Positions 1 through 12,076 of a DNA stretch of 64,000 nucleotides are shown piece after piece (positions within the stretch are counted from its first letter, which is position 1; the number at the start of each line of letters is the position of its first letter). The stretch covers positions 10,230,001 to 10,294,000 of the forward strand of contig JBNRSN020000008.1 of the NCBI GenBank assembly GCA_051313645.2, given 5' to 3'. The DNA is from Centroscyllium fabricii. Lineage: Eukaryota. The notes beneath the pieces were generated by a model. That model saw nothing but the letters and a program-made list of their open reading frames with translations. It was not told the DNA's origin and searched no databases. A program made the position numbers and the translations under genes.

Positions 1-3000
1 AGATACAGAGTAAAGCTCCCTCTACACTGTCCCATCAAACACTCCCAGGGCAGGTACAGGGGGTTAGATACAGAGTAAAGCTCCCTCTACACTGTCCCAT
101 CAAACACTCCCAGGGCAGGTACAGCACGGGTTAGATACAGAGTAAAGTTCCCTCTACACTGTCCCATCAAACACTCTCAGGGCAGGTACAGCACGGGTTA
201 GATACAGTGTAAAGCTTCCTCTACACTGTCCCGTCAAACACTCCCAGGGCAGGTACAGCACGGGTTAGATACAGAGTAAAGCTCCCTCTACACTGTCCCA
301 TCAAACACTCCCAGGGCAGGTACAGTACGGGTTAGATACAGAGTAAAGCTCCCTCTACACTGTCCCATCAAACACTCCCAGGGCAGGTACAGCACGGGTT
401 AGATACAGAGTAAAGCTCCCTCTACACTGTCCCATCAAACACTCCCAGGGCAGGTACAGCATGGGTTAGATACAGAGTAAAGCTCCCTCTACACTGTCCC
501 ATCAAACACTCCCAGGGCAGGTACAGCACGGGTTAGATACAGAGTAAAGCTCCCTCTACACTGTCCCGTCAAACACTCCCAGGGCAGGTACAGCACGGGT
601 TAGATGCAGAGTAAAGCTCCCTCTACACTGTCCCATCAAACACTCCCAGGGCAGGTACAGCATGGGTTAGATACAGAGTAAAGCTCCCTCTACACTGTCC
701 CATCAAACACTCCCAGGACAGGTACAGCACGGGTTAGATACAGAGTAAAGCTCCCTCTACACTGTCCCATCAAACACTCCCAGGGCAGGTACAGCACGGG
801 TTAGATACAGAGTAAAGCTCCCTCTACACTGTCCCATCAAACACTCCCAGGGCAGGTACAGCACGGGTTAGATACAGAGTAATGCTCCCTCTACACTGTC
901 CCATCAAACACTCCCAGGGCAGGTACAGCACGGGTTAGATACAGAGTAAAGCTCCCTCTACACTGTCCCATCAAACACTCCCAGGGCAGGTACAGCACGG
1001 GTTAGATACAGAGTAAAGCTCCCTCTACACTGTCCCATCAAACACTCCCAGGGCAGGAACAGGGGGTTAGATACAGAGTAAAGCTCCCTCTACACTGTCC
1101 CATCAAACACTCCCAGGGCAGGTACAGGGGGTTAGATACAGAGTAAAGCTCCCTCTACACTGTCCCATCAAACACTCCCAGGGCAGGTACAGCACGGGTT
1201 AGATACAGAGTAAAGTTCCCTCTACACTGTCCCATCAAACACTCTCAGGGCAGGTACAGCACGGGTTAGATACAGAGTAAAGCTTCCTCTACACTGTCCC
1301 GTCAAACACTCCCAGGGCAGGTACAGCACGGGTTAGATACAGAGTAAAGCTCCCTCTACACTGTGCCATCAAACACTCCCAGGGCAGGTACAGGGGGTTA
1401 GATACAGAGTAAAGCTCCCTCTACACTGTCCCATCAAACACTCCCAGGGCAGGTACAGGGGGTTAGATACAGAGTAAAGCTCCCTCTACACTGTCCCATC
1501 AAACACTCCCAGGGCAGGTACAGCACGGGTTAGATACAGAGTAAAGCTCCCTCTACACTGTCCCATCAAACACTCCCAGGGCAGGAACAGCACGGGTTAG
1601 ATACAGAGTAAAGCTCCCTCTACACTGTCCCATCAAACACTCCCAGGGCAGGTACAGCATGGGTTAGATACAGAGTAAAGCTCCCTCTACACTGTCCCAT
1701 CAAACACTCCCAGGGCAGGTACAGTACGGGTTAGATACAGAGTAAAGCTCCCTCTACACTGTCCCATCAAACACTCCCAGGGCAGGTACAGCACGGGTTA
1801 GATACAGAGTAAAGCTCCCTCTACACTGTCCCATCAAACACTCCCAGGGCAGGTACAGCATGGGTTAGATACAGAGTAAAGCTCCCTCTACACTGTCCCA
1901 TCAAACACTCCCAGGGCAGGTACAGCACGGGTTAGATACAGAGTAAAGCTCCCTCTACACTGTCCCGTCAAACACTCCCACGGCAGGTACAGCACGGGTT
2001 AGATACAGAGTAAAGCTCCCTCTACACTGTCCCGTCAAACACTCCCAGGGCAGGTACAGCACGGGTTAGATGCAGAGTAAAGCTCCCTCTACACTGTCCC
2101 ATCAAACACTCCCAGGGCAGGTACAGCATGGGTTAGATACAGAGTAAAGCTCCCTCTACACTGTCCCATCAAACACTCCCAGGGCAGGTACAGCACGGGT
2201 TAGATACAGAGTAAAGCTCCCTCTACACTGTCCCATCAGACACTCCCAGGGCAGGTACAGCATGGGTTACATACAGAGTAAAGCTCCCTCTACACTGTCC
2301 CATCAAACACTCCCAGGACAGGTACAGCACGGGTTAGATACAGAGTAAAGCTCCCTCTACACTGTCCCATCAAACACTCCCAGGGCAGGTACAGCACGGG
2401 TTAGATACAGAGTAAAGCTCCCTCTACACTGTCCCATCAAACACTCCCAGGGCAGGTACAGCACGGGTTAGATACAGAGTAATGCTCCCTCTACACTGTC
2501 CCATCAAACACTCCCAGGGCAGGTACAGCACGGGTTAGATACAGAGTAAAGCTCCCTCTACACTGTCCCATCAAACACTCCCAGGGCAGGTACAGGGGGT
2601 TAGATACAGAGTAAAGCTCCCTCTACACTGTCCCATCAAACACTCCCAGGGCAGGTACAGCACGGGTTAGATACAGAGTAAAGTTCCCTCTACACTGTCC
2701 CATCAAACACTCTCAGGGCAGGTACAGCACGGGTTAGATACAGAGTAAAGCTTCCTCTACACTGTCCCGTCAAACACTCCCAGGGCAGGTACAGCACGGG
2801 TTAGATACAGAGTAAAGCTCCCTCTACGCTGTGCCATCAAACACTCCCAGGGCAGGTACAGGGGGTTAGATACAGAGTAAAGCTCCCTCTACACTGTCCC
2901 ATCAAACACTCCCAGGGCAGGTACAGCACGGGTTAGATACAGAGTAAAGCTCCCTCTACACTGTCCCATCAAACACTCCCAGGGCAGGAACAGCACGGGT

Positions 3001-4041
3001 TAGATACAGAGTAAAGCTCCCTCTACACTGTCCCATCAAACACTCCCAGGGCAGGTACAGCATGGGTTAGATACAGAGTAAAGCTCCCTCTACACTGTCC
3101 CATCAAACACTCCCAGGGCAGGTACAGTACGGGTTAGATACAGAGTAAAGCTCCCTCTACACTGTCCCATCAAACACTCCCAGGGCAGGTACAGCACGGG
3201 TTAGATACAGAGTAAAGCTCCCTCCACACTGTCCCATCAAACACTCCCAGGGCAGGTACAGCATGGGTTAGATACAGAGTAAAGCTCCCTCTACACTGTC
3301 CCATCAAACACTCCCAGGGCAGGTACAGCACGGGTTAGATACAGAGTAAAGCTCCCTCTACACTGTCCCGTCAAACACTCCCACGGCAGGTACAGCACGG
3401 GTTAGATACAGAGTAAAGCTCCCTCTACACTGTCCCGTCAAACACTCCCAGGGCAGGTACAGCACGGGTTAGATGCAGAGTAAAGCTCCCTCTACACTGT
3501 CCCATCAAACACTCCCAGGGCAGGTACAGCATGGGTTAGATACAGAGTAAAGCTCCCTCTACACTGTCCCATCAAACACTCCCAGGGCAGGTACAGCACG
3601 GGTTAGATACAGAGTAAAGCTCCCTCTACACTGTCCCATCAAACACTCCCAGGGCAGGTACAGCATGGGTTACATACAGAGTAAAGCTCCCTCTACACTG
3701 TCCGATCAAACACTCCCAGGACAGGTACAGCACGGGTTAGATACAGAGTAAAGCTCCCTCTACACTGTCCCATCAAACACTCCCAGGGCAGGTACAGCAC
3801 GGGTTAGATACAGAGTAAAGCTCCCTCTACACTGTCCCATCAAACACTCCCAGGGCAGGTACAGCACGGGTTAGATACAGAGTAAAGCTCCCTCTACACT
3901 GTCCCATCAAACACTCCCAGGGCAGGTACAGCATGGGTTAGATACAGAGTAAAGCTCTCTCTACACTGTCCCATCAAACACTCCCAGGGCAGGTACAGCA
4001 TGGGTTAGATACAGAGTAAAGCTCCCTCTACACTGTCCCAT
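1..4041. repeat. Satellite/minisatellite array, 67-bp monomer (about 60 copies, runs off the window start)
   Basis: Tandem unit agatacagagtaaagctccctctacactgtcccatcaaacactcccagggcaggtacagcacgggtt, with recurrent point variants and 65-bp variants. Confidence 0.98.
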
Positions 4042-4331
4042 TGTGGTAACCATTGTATGTCGGTTATCCCACTGGACCATTATGGCTAATGATGGGCTGT
4101 GCAGATGTTAGGCACAGCCCTGTATACTGTGACACTGTTGGGAGCCAGGTCAGTCACACCTCCAGCTCCTCCCCCAGGTGAGGCCCCGTTATAGGTGAGA
4201 TCTGACCGAGGCTCCTCCATTCCTGTACAGAAGTTCGTTCCGGAGGGTAGCTCCGTTCTTGATAATTAAAAGCCTTTCGTTTCGGTAACTACTCGTCGAC
4301 TCTTTTAATCGAAGGTATTGACGATACATCA
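4042..4331 (+). repeat. 5' LTR of the Gypsy element
   Basis: Starts tgtggtaacc, ends gatacatca; contains ttata and attaaa motifs. Confidence 0.85.
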
Positions 4332-4356
4332 ATTTTAATTGCTAATTATTTTTTAA

Positions 4357-7300
4357 ATGGAGAGCAGCGCAGTTAAACCTGAGAAGCTGGACATCAGTCC
4401 CCAGGACCCTGCCGCTGCCGCCACGTACGAACACTGGTTCGGCCTCCTGGAGGCCTACATGGACGCCGCCAAGGCTACAACGGACAGGAACAAGCTGCAT
4501 GTCCTACGATCGAAGATCTCCAGCAGGGTATTCACCCTCATCAGGAACGCCTCATCCTACGTAGCGGCTGTACAAATTCTGAAAAAATGTTACGAGCGCC
4601 CGGTCCATTTGGTCTACGCCCGACATGTGCTTGCGACCAGATCTCAGCTACCGGGTGAGTCCAATGAGGAGTTCGAGCAAGCGCTCCTGGCCCTGGTACG
4701 GGTCTGTGGCTGCAAAGGCACAACAGCTGAAGAGGAGGCAGAACTCCTCGTTCGGGACGCTTACGTTACAGGACTGAGGTGTGTGGAAGCCCGCCAGCGG
4801 CTGCTTGAAAAAGACACCTTGTCCCTCGAAGACGCGATTGCTATATCTAACTCAGTGGAAGGAGCGCGCAACAAACTGCAAGCTTACAGCGGCACAAACC
4901 CGCAGGCCTACGACATGTGGGCCGCGCCACAACGGGCCCAGGCCTGGGCAGCACCACAATGGGTCGAGACCCCCACGATGGCTGCGACAGCCACAAAAGA
5001 CAAACGCTGCTACTTCTGCAGCCAGGGACTGCACCCGAGAGCGAGATGCCCAGCAAGGACCGCGACCTGTGAGAGGTGCGCCAAGAAGCGACATTACGCA
5101 AAGGCTTGCAGATCAGCACCAACAGCGCCCAACTCCAGGTACAACAGCGCAGCCTGTGAAAGCGACAGACCTGAGGTAAGCTGCAATAGCAGCGCGATCC
5201 AGCGACGGTCCGGGGGTAGGAGGAAAGCGCCCCCAGCTCCCACCCCGATGCGGCAAAGGCCGGCCAAGCGCGACCCCCCAACGCCAGCAGCAGACCCAAT
5301 GCGGCCGGCTGCGTGCGAATCACGGGCACCGCCAACCCGACCACCGCGGCTCGCTGCGTGCGAACCACGGGCACCGCCAACCCGACCACCGCGGCCCGCT
5401 GCGTGCGAACCACGGGCGCCGCCAGCGCGCTCACAGCAGTCAGCCACGTGCGAACCACGGGCGCCGCCATCTCGCCCCCAGCGGCCCACCATGTGCGACC
5501 CCTCGGCGGCACCATTTTGTCCCCAGGGCCCCACCATGTGCGAGCCAGGGGCGCCGCCATTTTGTCTACAGGGCCCCACCATGTGCGAGCCAGGGGCGCC
5601 GCCATTTTGTATGCAGCCCCAACCAGCAGGGGGCCCACACACACAAAAGCACACGTCTGCTTCAGCTATACCCAGAGTGGACCAGGACAGGCCACACACC
5701 CTGTCTAACTCAATAATGCCCATCAAAATAAACGGCCATACTACTAATTGCCTATTTGACACTGGAAGCACGGAGAGCTTTGTGCACCCCGATACAGTGC
5801 AGCGCTGCGGACTGCAGGTCCTGCCCACAAACTACCAAGTCTCCCTTGCTTCAAAGTCCCACACCGCGGACGTCACCGGCTACTGCTCCGTCACGCTCAC
5901 AGTCAAGGGGTGCGTGTACCGTAATTTTAAATTGTACACCCTCCAGCAGTTGTGTGCCCCAGCCTTACTAGGTCTGGATTTCCAGTGCCACCTCAAGAGC
6001 GTGACAATGGAGTTCGGCGGGACCTTGCCCCCCCTCACCGTCAGTAGCCGGGACAGTCCCTTCCCAAAGCGGAGCCCGGCCTGCGGCCTCTCCACCCTGA
6101 AAATCGACCCCCCCTCACTGTTCGCCAACCTCGACCCCAAGTGCAAACCTATTGCTACCAAGAGTCGGCGGTACAGTGTGGGGGATCGCACGTTTATCAG
6201 GTCGGAGGTCGGGCGGATGCTGAAGGAGGGGATAATTGAAGCCAGCACCAGCCCCTGGCGCGCCCAGGTTTTAGTGGTAAAGTCTGGCGAGAAACAACGG
6301 CTGGTGATCGACTGCAGCCAGACCATCAACCGCTACACCGGGCTCGACGCCTACCCCCTTCCCCGCATCTCGGAAATGGTCAATCAGATCACCCAGTACA
6401 AGGTGTTCTCCACGATCGACCTTAAGTCAGCGTATCACCAACTCCCGATCCGGAAAGCCGACCGCCCCTACACCGCCTTCGAGCCGAACGGTCGGCTCTA
6501 CCACTTCCTCCGGGTCCCCTTCGGCGTGACAAACGGAGTGTCAGTGTTCCAGCGGGAGACGGACCGCATGGTTGACCAGAACGGGTTGCAGGCCACCTTC
6601 CCCTACCTGGACAACGTGACCATCTGCGGCCACGACCAGCAGGACCACGATGCCAATCTGGCCAAATTTCTCGACACGGCGGATAAGCTGGACCTCACGT
6701 ATAACAAAGACAAATGTGTCTTTAATACAGACCGGCTCGCCATCCTCGGATACGTGGTGGAGAACGGGGTCCTCGGCCCTGACCCACAGCGTATGCGACC
6801 CCTTCAAGAACTGCCCCTACCTCACAACCCTAAAGCCTTGAGGAGATGCCTAGGATTTTTCTCCTACTACGCACAATGGGTCCCACAGTTCGCGGACAAG
6901 GCTAGACCACTCCTCAAGGCTGCCGTTTTCCCCCTTTCGGTAGAAGCCCAAACAGCATTCGCCCGGATAAAGGAAGACATCATCAAGGCGACCATGCTCG
7001 CTGTTGATGAATCCATTCCCTTCCAGGTGGAGAGCGACGCTTCAGACTTCGCCCTTGCTGCCACCCTGAATCAGGCAGGCAGGCCCGTAGCGTTTTTCTC
7101 CCGCACCCTACAGGGACCCGAAACTCGCCACTCAGCAGTGGAAAAGGAGGCCCAGGCCATCGTGGAGGCCGTGCGCTACTGGCGTCATTACCTGGCCGGT
7201 AAGCGTTTTACCCTTCTCACCGACCAACGGTCGGTGGCGTTTATGTTTAATAATAAACAGAAGGGTAAGATCAAGAATGATAAGATCCTGCGGTATCGGA

Positions 7301-7584
7301 TCGAGCTCTCGACTTACGAGTATGACATTCTTTACCGACCAGGCAAACTCAATGAACCCCCGGACGCACTGTCCAGGGGAACGTGCGCCAGTGCCCAGCT
7401 GAAGGACCTCCACGACCGCCTTTGCCACCCGGGTGTCACCAGACTCGCCCACTTCGTTAGATCCCGTAGCCTCCATCACGGAGATCAAGGCTATGACCCG
7501 AGAGTGCCCTGTTTGCGCCGAGTGCAAACCCCAATTTTTCCGGCCAGACACGGTGCACCTCATCAAGGCCACCCGCCCCTTTGA
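4357..7584 (+). CDS. Gypsy Gag-Pol polyprotein (gag with Zn knuckles, protease, RT, RNase H); frameshift at the start of integrase
   Basis: CYFC..H..C and CERC..H..C knuckles; LFDTGS protease; YLDN at the RT YxDD position; ESDASD RNase H; frame shifts near 7470. Confidence 0.9.
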   Translation: MESSAVKPEKLDISPQDPAAAATYEHWFGLLEAYMDAAKATTDRNKLHVLRSKISSRVFTLIRNASSYVAAVQILKKCYERPVHLVYARHVLATRSQLPGESNEEFEQALLALVRVCGCKGTTAEEEAELLVRDAYVTGLRCVEARQRLLEKDTLSLEDAIAISNSVEGARNKLQAYSGTNPQAYDMWAAPQRAQAWAAPQWVETPTMAATATKDKRCYFCSQGLHPRARCPARTATCERCAKKRHYAKACRSAPTAPNSRYNSAACESDRPEVSCNSSAIQRRSGGRRKAPPAPTPMRQRPAKRDPPTPAADPMRPAACESRAPPTRPPRLAACEPRAPPTRPPRPAACEPRAPPARSQQSATCEPRAPPSRPQRPTMCDPSAAPFCPQGPTMCEPGAPPFCLQGPTMCEPGAPPFCMQPQPAGGPHTQKHTSASAIPRVDQDRPHTLSNSIMPIKINGHTTNCLFDTGSTESFVHPDTVQRCGLQVLPTNYQVSLASKSHTADVTGYCSVTLTVKGCVYRNFKLYTLQQLCAPALLGLDFQCHLKSVTMEFGGTLPPLTVSSRDSPFPKRSPACGLSTLKIDPPSLFANLDPKCKPIATKSRRYSVGDRTFIRSEVGRMLKEGIIEASTSPWRAQVLVVKSGEKQRLVIDCSQTINRYTGLDAYPLPRISEMVNQITQYKVFSTIDLKSAYHQLPIRKADRPYTAFEPNGRLYHFLRVPFGVTNGVSVFQRETDRMVDQNGLQATFPYLDNVTICGHDQQDHDANLAKFLDTADKLDLTYNKDKCVFNTDRLAILGYVVENGVLGPDPQRMRPLQELPLPHNPKALRRCLGFFSYYAQWVPQFADKARPLLKAAVFPLSVEAQTAFARIKEDIIKATMLAVDESIPFQVESDASDFALAATLNQAGRPVAFFSRTLQGPETRHSAVEKEAQAIVEAVRYWRHYLAGKRFTLLTDQRSVAFMFNNKQKGKIKNDKILRYRIELSTYEYDILYRPGKLNEPPDALSRGTCASAQLKDLHDRLCHPGVTRLAHFVRSRSLHHGDQGYDPRVPCLRRVQTPIFPARHGAPHQGHPPL

Positions 7585-8278
7585 ACGTCTCAGCGTGGAC
7601 TTCAAAGGCCCCCACCCCACCACCGACCGCAACTCATAATTCCTCACGGTCGTAGATGAGTTCTCCCGCTTCCCCTTCGCCTTCCCCTGCGCAGATATGA
7701 CGAGCGCAACGGTGATAAAACACTTCACCACGCTGTTCGCCATTTTCGGTCTCCCCAGCTACATCCATAGCGACCGGGGGTCATCGTTCATGAGCGATGA
7801 ACTGCGTCAGTTTCTGCTCCAGAAAGGGGTTGCCACGAGCAGAACGACCAGTTATAACCCTCGGGGGAACGGCCAGGTAGAAAGGGAGAATGGGATCATC
7901 TGGAAGGCGGTCACCCTGGCTCTGAAGTCCAGAGGCCTTCCAGTGGCCCATTGGCAGGCAGTCCTCCCAGACGCGCTGCATTCTATACGCTCTCTCCTAT
8001 GTACGGCCACTAACGCAACTCCTCATGACTTGATTTTTGCTTTTCCCAGGAAGTCAACTTCGGGGACAGCTCTTCCTCCATGGCTGACGACACCAGGGCC
8101 GGTCTTCCTTAGAAGACACGTCCGAGGCCACAAGACTGACCCCCTGGTGGACAAGGTACAGCTCCTGCATGCGAACCCGCAATACGCATTCGTGCAGTTC
8201 CCGGACGGGCGTGAGGACACCGTATCCATCAGGGACCTGGCGCCCGCAGGAAGCACCGCAGAGCCCCGGGTCGGTTAG
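7470..8278 (+). pseudogene. Gypsy integrase, disrupted
   Basis: CPVC, VDFKGP, HSDRG, QVERENG motifs; in-frame TAA at 7637-7639. Confidence 0.85.
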
Positions 8279-8587
8279 CAGGCCGCTCAGCTACAGTACC
8301 CAGAACACCCCCTACACCTACAATGGCCTCCGAGTTTCCCAGAGCCCCAGCCGTGGCCAACCCAGGACCACCACTCTGATAGCTCGGACCAGCGGAGACC
8401 ATCACCACCCGAAACCATGGCACCAGGGCAACTGTCGCCACCAGCGGACTCGGAACAGCACGGACCATGACGGATCATCACCGGAACTCCGGCGGTCCTC
8501 CAGGCTGGCACGACCACCGGATAGGATGATATTGAACTGCTCGGTCCATTCACCCCCCCGGACTTAAAATTTTCAAGAAGGGGTGAA

Positions 8588-8867
8588 TGTGGTAACCTAT
8601 AATGTTATGTATACCACTGCATTCTTGTTGCCAATAATTGGCTGTGTATATGTGATACACAGCCCTGTAATACTGTCGGGAGCCAGGTCAGCCACACCTC
8701 TAACTCCTCCCCCAGGTGAGGCCTTTATAGGTGGAGACTGACTGAGGCTCCCTCATTCCTGCTTAGATGTTCGTTCGGAGGGTAGCTCCTAAGTAAGTGA
8801 TTAAAAGCCTATAGTTACGGTAACTACTCGTTGAGTCTTTTAATCTGAAGATATTGACGATACGTCA
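8588..8867 (+). repeat. 3' LTR of the Gypsy element
   Basis: tgtggtaacc...gatacgtca, homologous to but divergent from the 5' LTR. Confidence 0.85.
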
Positions 8868-9150
8868 AGCTCCCTCTACACTGTCCCATTAAACACTCCC
8901 AGGGCAGGTACTGCACGGGTTAGATACAGAGTAAAGCTCCCTCTACACTGTCCCATTAAACACTCCCAGGGCAGGTACAGCACGGGTTAGATACAGAGTA
9001 AAGCTCCCTCTACACTGTCCCATCAAACACTCACAGGGCAGGTACTGCACGGGTTAGATACAGAGTAAAGCTCCCTCTACACTGTCCCATCAAACACTCC
9101 CAGGGCAGGTACAGTACTTGTTAGGTCTAGAGCAAAGCTCCCTCTACTCC
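8868..9150. repeat. Remainder of the 67-bp satellite (about 4 units, degenerate at the edge)
   Basis: Same monomer resumes immediately after the LTR. Confidence 0.95.
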
Positions 9151-9709
9151 AGGTGACTTTCAAACCTTTCTGTGTAGCGGAGGCTCTTGTAAATGTTATC
9201 CCAAGCACACTCAGTCGTAACTTCTGAAATACAGTGTCAGTTTACCAAAGACAGAAAGAACTTGCTTTGATATAGCACCATTCAAAAGTTCAGGATGTCC
9301 CAGGGCTCTTTACAGCCAATAAAGTACTTTTAAATCGGAGTCACTATTGGAACGTAAGAAACAAAGTGATGTGTTAGAAAGTCAGAACATGCAAATAACT
9401 GATGCCAGATGGATAGTTATTTGACCTCACAACCCTCCTTTGATTCCGGGTATACCAATTTGAAAATCTGTGCTCTACTGTGCTGAAACAACGTACTTCA
9501 GCCCTCGCCTCAGGAGAGCATCTGCCAATGTGCCAGAGCACTATTTGTCCCATTCCCACACGAGCCACCCTATCTGACTCTGAGTGAGATCGGCAGGTTG
9601 GTGCCAGTAGTTTCTGTACCCGAAACCTGTGCCCACGAAGAATTGCTCGAACTCACGTTCACGTAGAATCCTCACCACCAGCAAAAAGTCGATATTTTCG
9701 TTGCATCTC

Positions 9710-10218
9710 AAATTTAAAATTCATCCTCGTGTTCAACTCCCTCCATGACATCATTCCTCCCTATATCTGTAATCTCCTCCAGCTCTACAATTTTCCGGCA
9801 TCTCTGCGCTCCTCCAGTTCTGGCCTCTTGCGCATCCCCGATTTCCATCACTCCACCATTGGTGGCCGTGCCTTCAGCTGTCTGGGCCCCTCAGCTCTCG
9901 AATTCCCTCCCTAAACCTCTCCGCCTCTTAAACTTGCAGGACTACGGGGATAGAGCGGGGGAATGGGACTGACTGGATTGCTCTGCAGAGAGCCGGCACG
10001 GACTCGATGGGCCGAATGGCCTCCTTCTGTGCCATTATGACTTTTTCTCCTCCTTTAAGAGGCCTCTTAAAACCGACCTCTTTGACCAAGCTTTTGGTCA
10101 CCTGTCCTAATATCTCCTTTTGTGGTTCAGTGTGAAATTTTGCCCGATTACGCCCCCGTGAAGCGCCTCGGGACATTTTATTACGTTAAAGGCGCTATAT
10201 AAATGCAAGTTGATGTTG
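9710..10218 (+). mobile_element. L2-type LINE 3' end fragment
   Basis: IGGRAFS..P.LWNSLP motif and 3' tail ggcgctatataaatgcaagttg; further copies near 23.0, 26.5, 31.8, 35.0 and 36.5 kb. Confidence 0.7.
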
Positions 10219-10327
10219 CGTCAGTCAGGGGCTGCAATTCAATGCGGTTCTCAGAGGTGAAAGAGCAGTGTGCTGACCATTTTTAATAATTCTGCTGATT
10301 TTCGCGGCGATGAATTGTGTGTTTCAG

Positions 10328-10513
10328 GGCTGGAGGATCTGCAGATGATTCAGTTCACCGATTCCCTGGTGACGGTTTCCGATACAGGGAAGGAGCTCGG
10401 TGAATTTACCATCACGGTTCAGTCCATCCTGTATGGAGGGCAGCCGAGTCTCCGCATTCACGCCAACAGCCACGGCTCCATTGACAATATTCCATGTGGA
10501 ACATCCATCTCAG
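10328..10513 (+). CDS. CATIP: CATIP coding exon (first one found in the window)
   Basis: AG/GT bounded, phase 1-1; GLEDLQMIQFTDSLVTVSDTGKELGEFTI..HANSHG..CGTSIS matches recalled CATIP/C2orf62 (SETLAMVSDTG..GELTI..HASSRG..CGNS). Confidence 0.9.
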
Positions 10514-11299
10514 GTAGGCGACAGCCGTGTCCCCGAGCTTTTAAAGGAATGCAATGCACATATATATTTTCCACCGCCCCCCGCAAAATCTTTTTTCTCC
10601 CATCCTCACCTGCAGGTGCTGGCTTTAGCTGGGCCGTACTTCTGTTGGCACCGGCAGACCATCCGCTAACTCGCCCAAACGCCCATTCATGTGCCAGCTT
10701 ATTAGGCAGCGAGCTTCAGCAGTGTAGAGGGCTTCAATTCAATTCAAGTTTTATTGTCATTGCAGAGTACTAGTACAATACAACGAGATGAGGACTCGCT
10801 GCTCCCGAGATTAGTGCAAATAAATTACATATAATTGCATACAGTAAAGTACATTTCAGGTGTGCAGGTACCGGAGTTTTTTGTTAGAGTTCAGGAGGCT
10901 GACTTGGCCCCCCGACAGCAGGGCTCACTGGATAATGTTCAGGAGCAGGAACTCCGCTTCATTAACTTCTGCAGCTCAGAGTCGCCAAGTGCCAACTCTG
11001 GCCTCACCACCCTGCCTGAGATCAGCACAGACCAAGAGTCAAATCTGGTCCGAATGGCTCAGTGCTGCACCATATGATGCAGTTGCCATGTCGCTCCATT
11101 GGGGGTAGCTGTAGCTTCTCTGAGACCAACGCAGAGCCTTCCGCTCGCAAAGCCACAGCTTGCAAATCCATGGTTGTCGAAGCCTGTCTCAGGCCATGAT
11201 AAAAGAATGAAAGACTTGCAGTTATATAGCCTTTCACAATCTCAGGACATCCCAAAGTGCTTTACAACCAATGGAGTACTTTCTGAAGTACTCAAACCC

Positions 11300-11545
11300 G
11301 CATGGGAGCACCACCACCTCCAGGTACCCCTCTGAGTCACACACCATCCCTGCTTGGAAGTATATCGTCGATGGGTCAAAATCCTGGAACTCCCTCCCTA
11401 ACAGCCCTGTGGCAGCACCTTCACCACACGGACTGCAGCGGTTCAAGGCGGCGGCTCACCACCACCTTCTCAAGGGCAACTAGGGATGGGCAATAAATGC
11501 TGGCCTTGCCAGCGACGCCAACATCCTGTGAACAAATAAAAAGTC
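11300..11545 (+). mobile_element. CR1/L2-group LINE 3' end fragment
   Basis: GSKSWNSLP..GLQRFK.AAHHHLLKGN terminal motif; other copies at about 23580-24085(-), 25910-26160(-), 28890-29000(-) and 45845-46060(-). Confidence 0.65.
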
Positions 11546-11689
11546 ATTGTTGAAATGTAGGAAATGCGGCAGCCAATTTGCGCACAGCAAGCTCCCACGA
11601 ACAGCAATGTGATGAAGACCAAATCATCTGTTTTTAGAAATGTACGAAAGGCTGATTGATATTTAATAGACGAGAATCATATTCATATA

Positions 11690-12076
11690 AACACAGAAAC
11701 ATAGAAGATAGGAGCAGGAGTAGGCCATTCGGCCCTTCTCCACCATTCAATGAGATCATGGCTGATCATCCAAACTCAGCACCCTGTCCCTGCCCTCTCC
11801 CCATATCCCTCGATCCCTATCGAGCCTGCACCGACGCATATCCCACCCTATCACCGTAACCCCACATATTCAATCCCCCTAACACTAAGGGTCAATTTAT
11901 CCTGGCCAATCAACCTAACCCGCACATCTTTGGACTGTGGGAGGAAACCGGAGGAAACCCACGCAGACACGGGGAGAATGTGCAAACTCCACACAGCTAG
12001 TACCTAAGGCTGGATTTGAACCCGGGTCTCTAGTGCTGTAAGGCAACAGTGCTAACCACTATGCCACCGTGCTGCC
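11690..12076 (-). mobile_element. HE1-type (V-SINE) shark SINE
   Basis: Reverse complement has a tRNA-like head, the V-domain tgtgtggagtttgcacattctcccc and a CR1-derived tail. Confidence 0.8.

Larger units (their letters stand above)
4042..8867 (+). mobile_element. Ty3/Gypsy LTR retrotransposon inserted in the satellite
   Basis: TG..CA LTRs at 4042-4331 and 8588-8867; PPT aagaaggggtgaa before the 3' LTR; domain order gag-PR-RT-RH-IN. Confidence 0.95.

Noticed and set aside
1-4041. CRISPR array
   Set aside because: Head-to-tail monomers with no unique spacers, no cas genes, and a eukaryotic context.
4847-5828. Long antisense ORFs (265 and 244 aa)
   Set aside because: Shadows of the GC-rich repeated Gag linker.
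10270-10773. 167-aa single-exon ORF
   Set aside because: Only 10328-10513 is CATIP exon; the rest is intron read-through.
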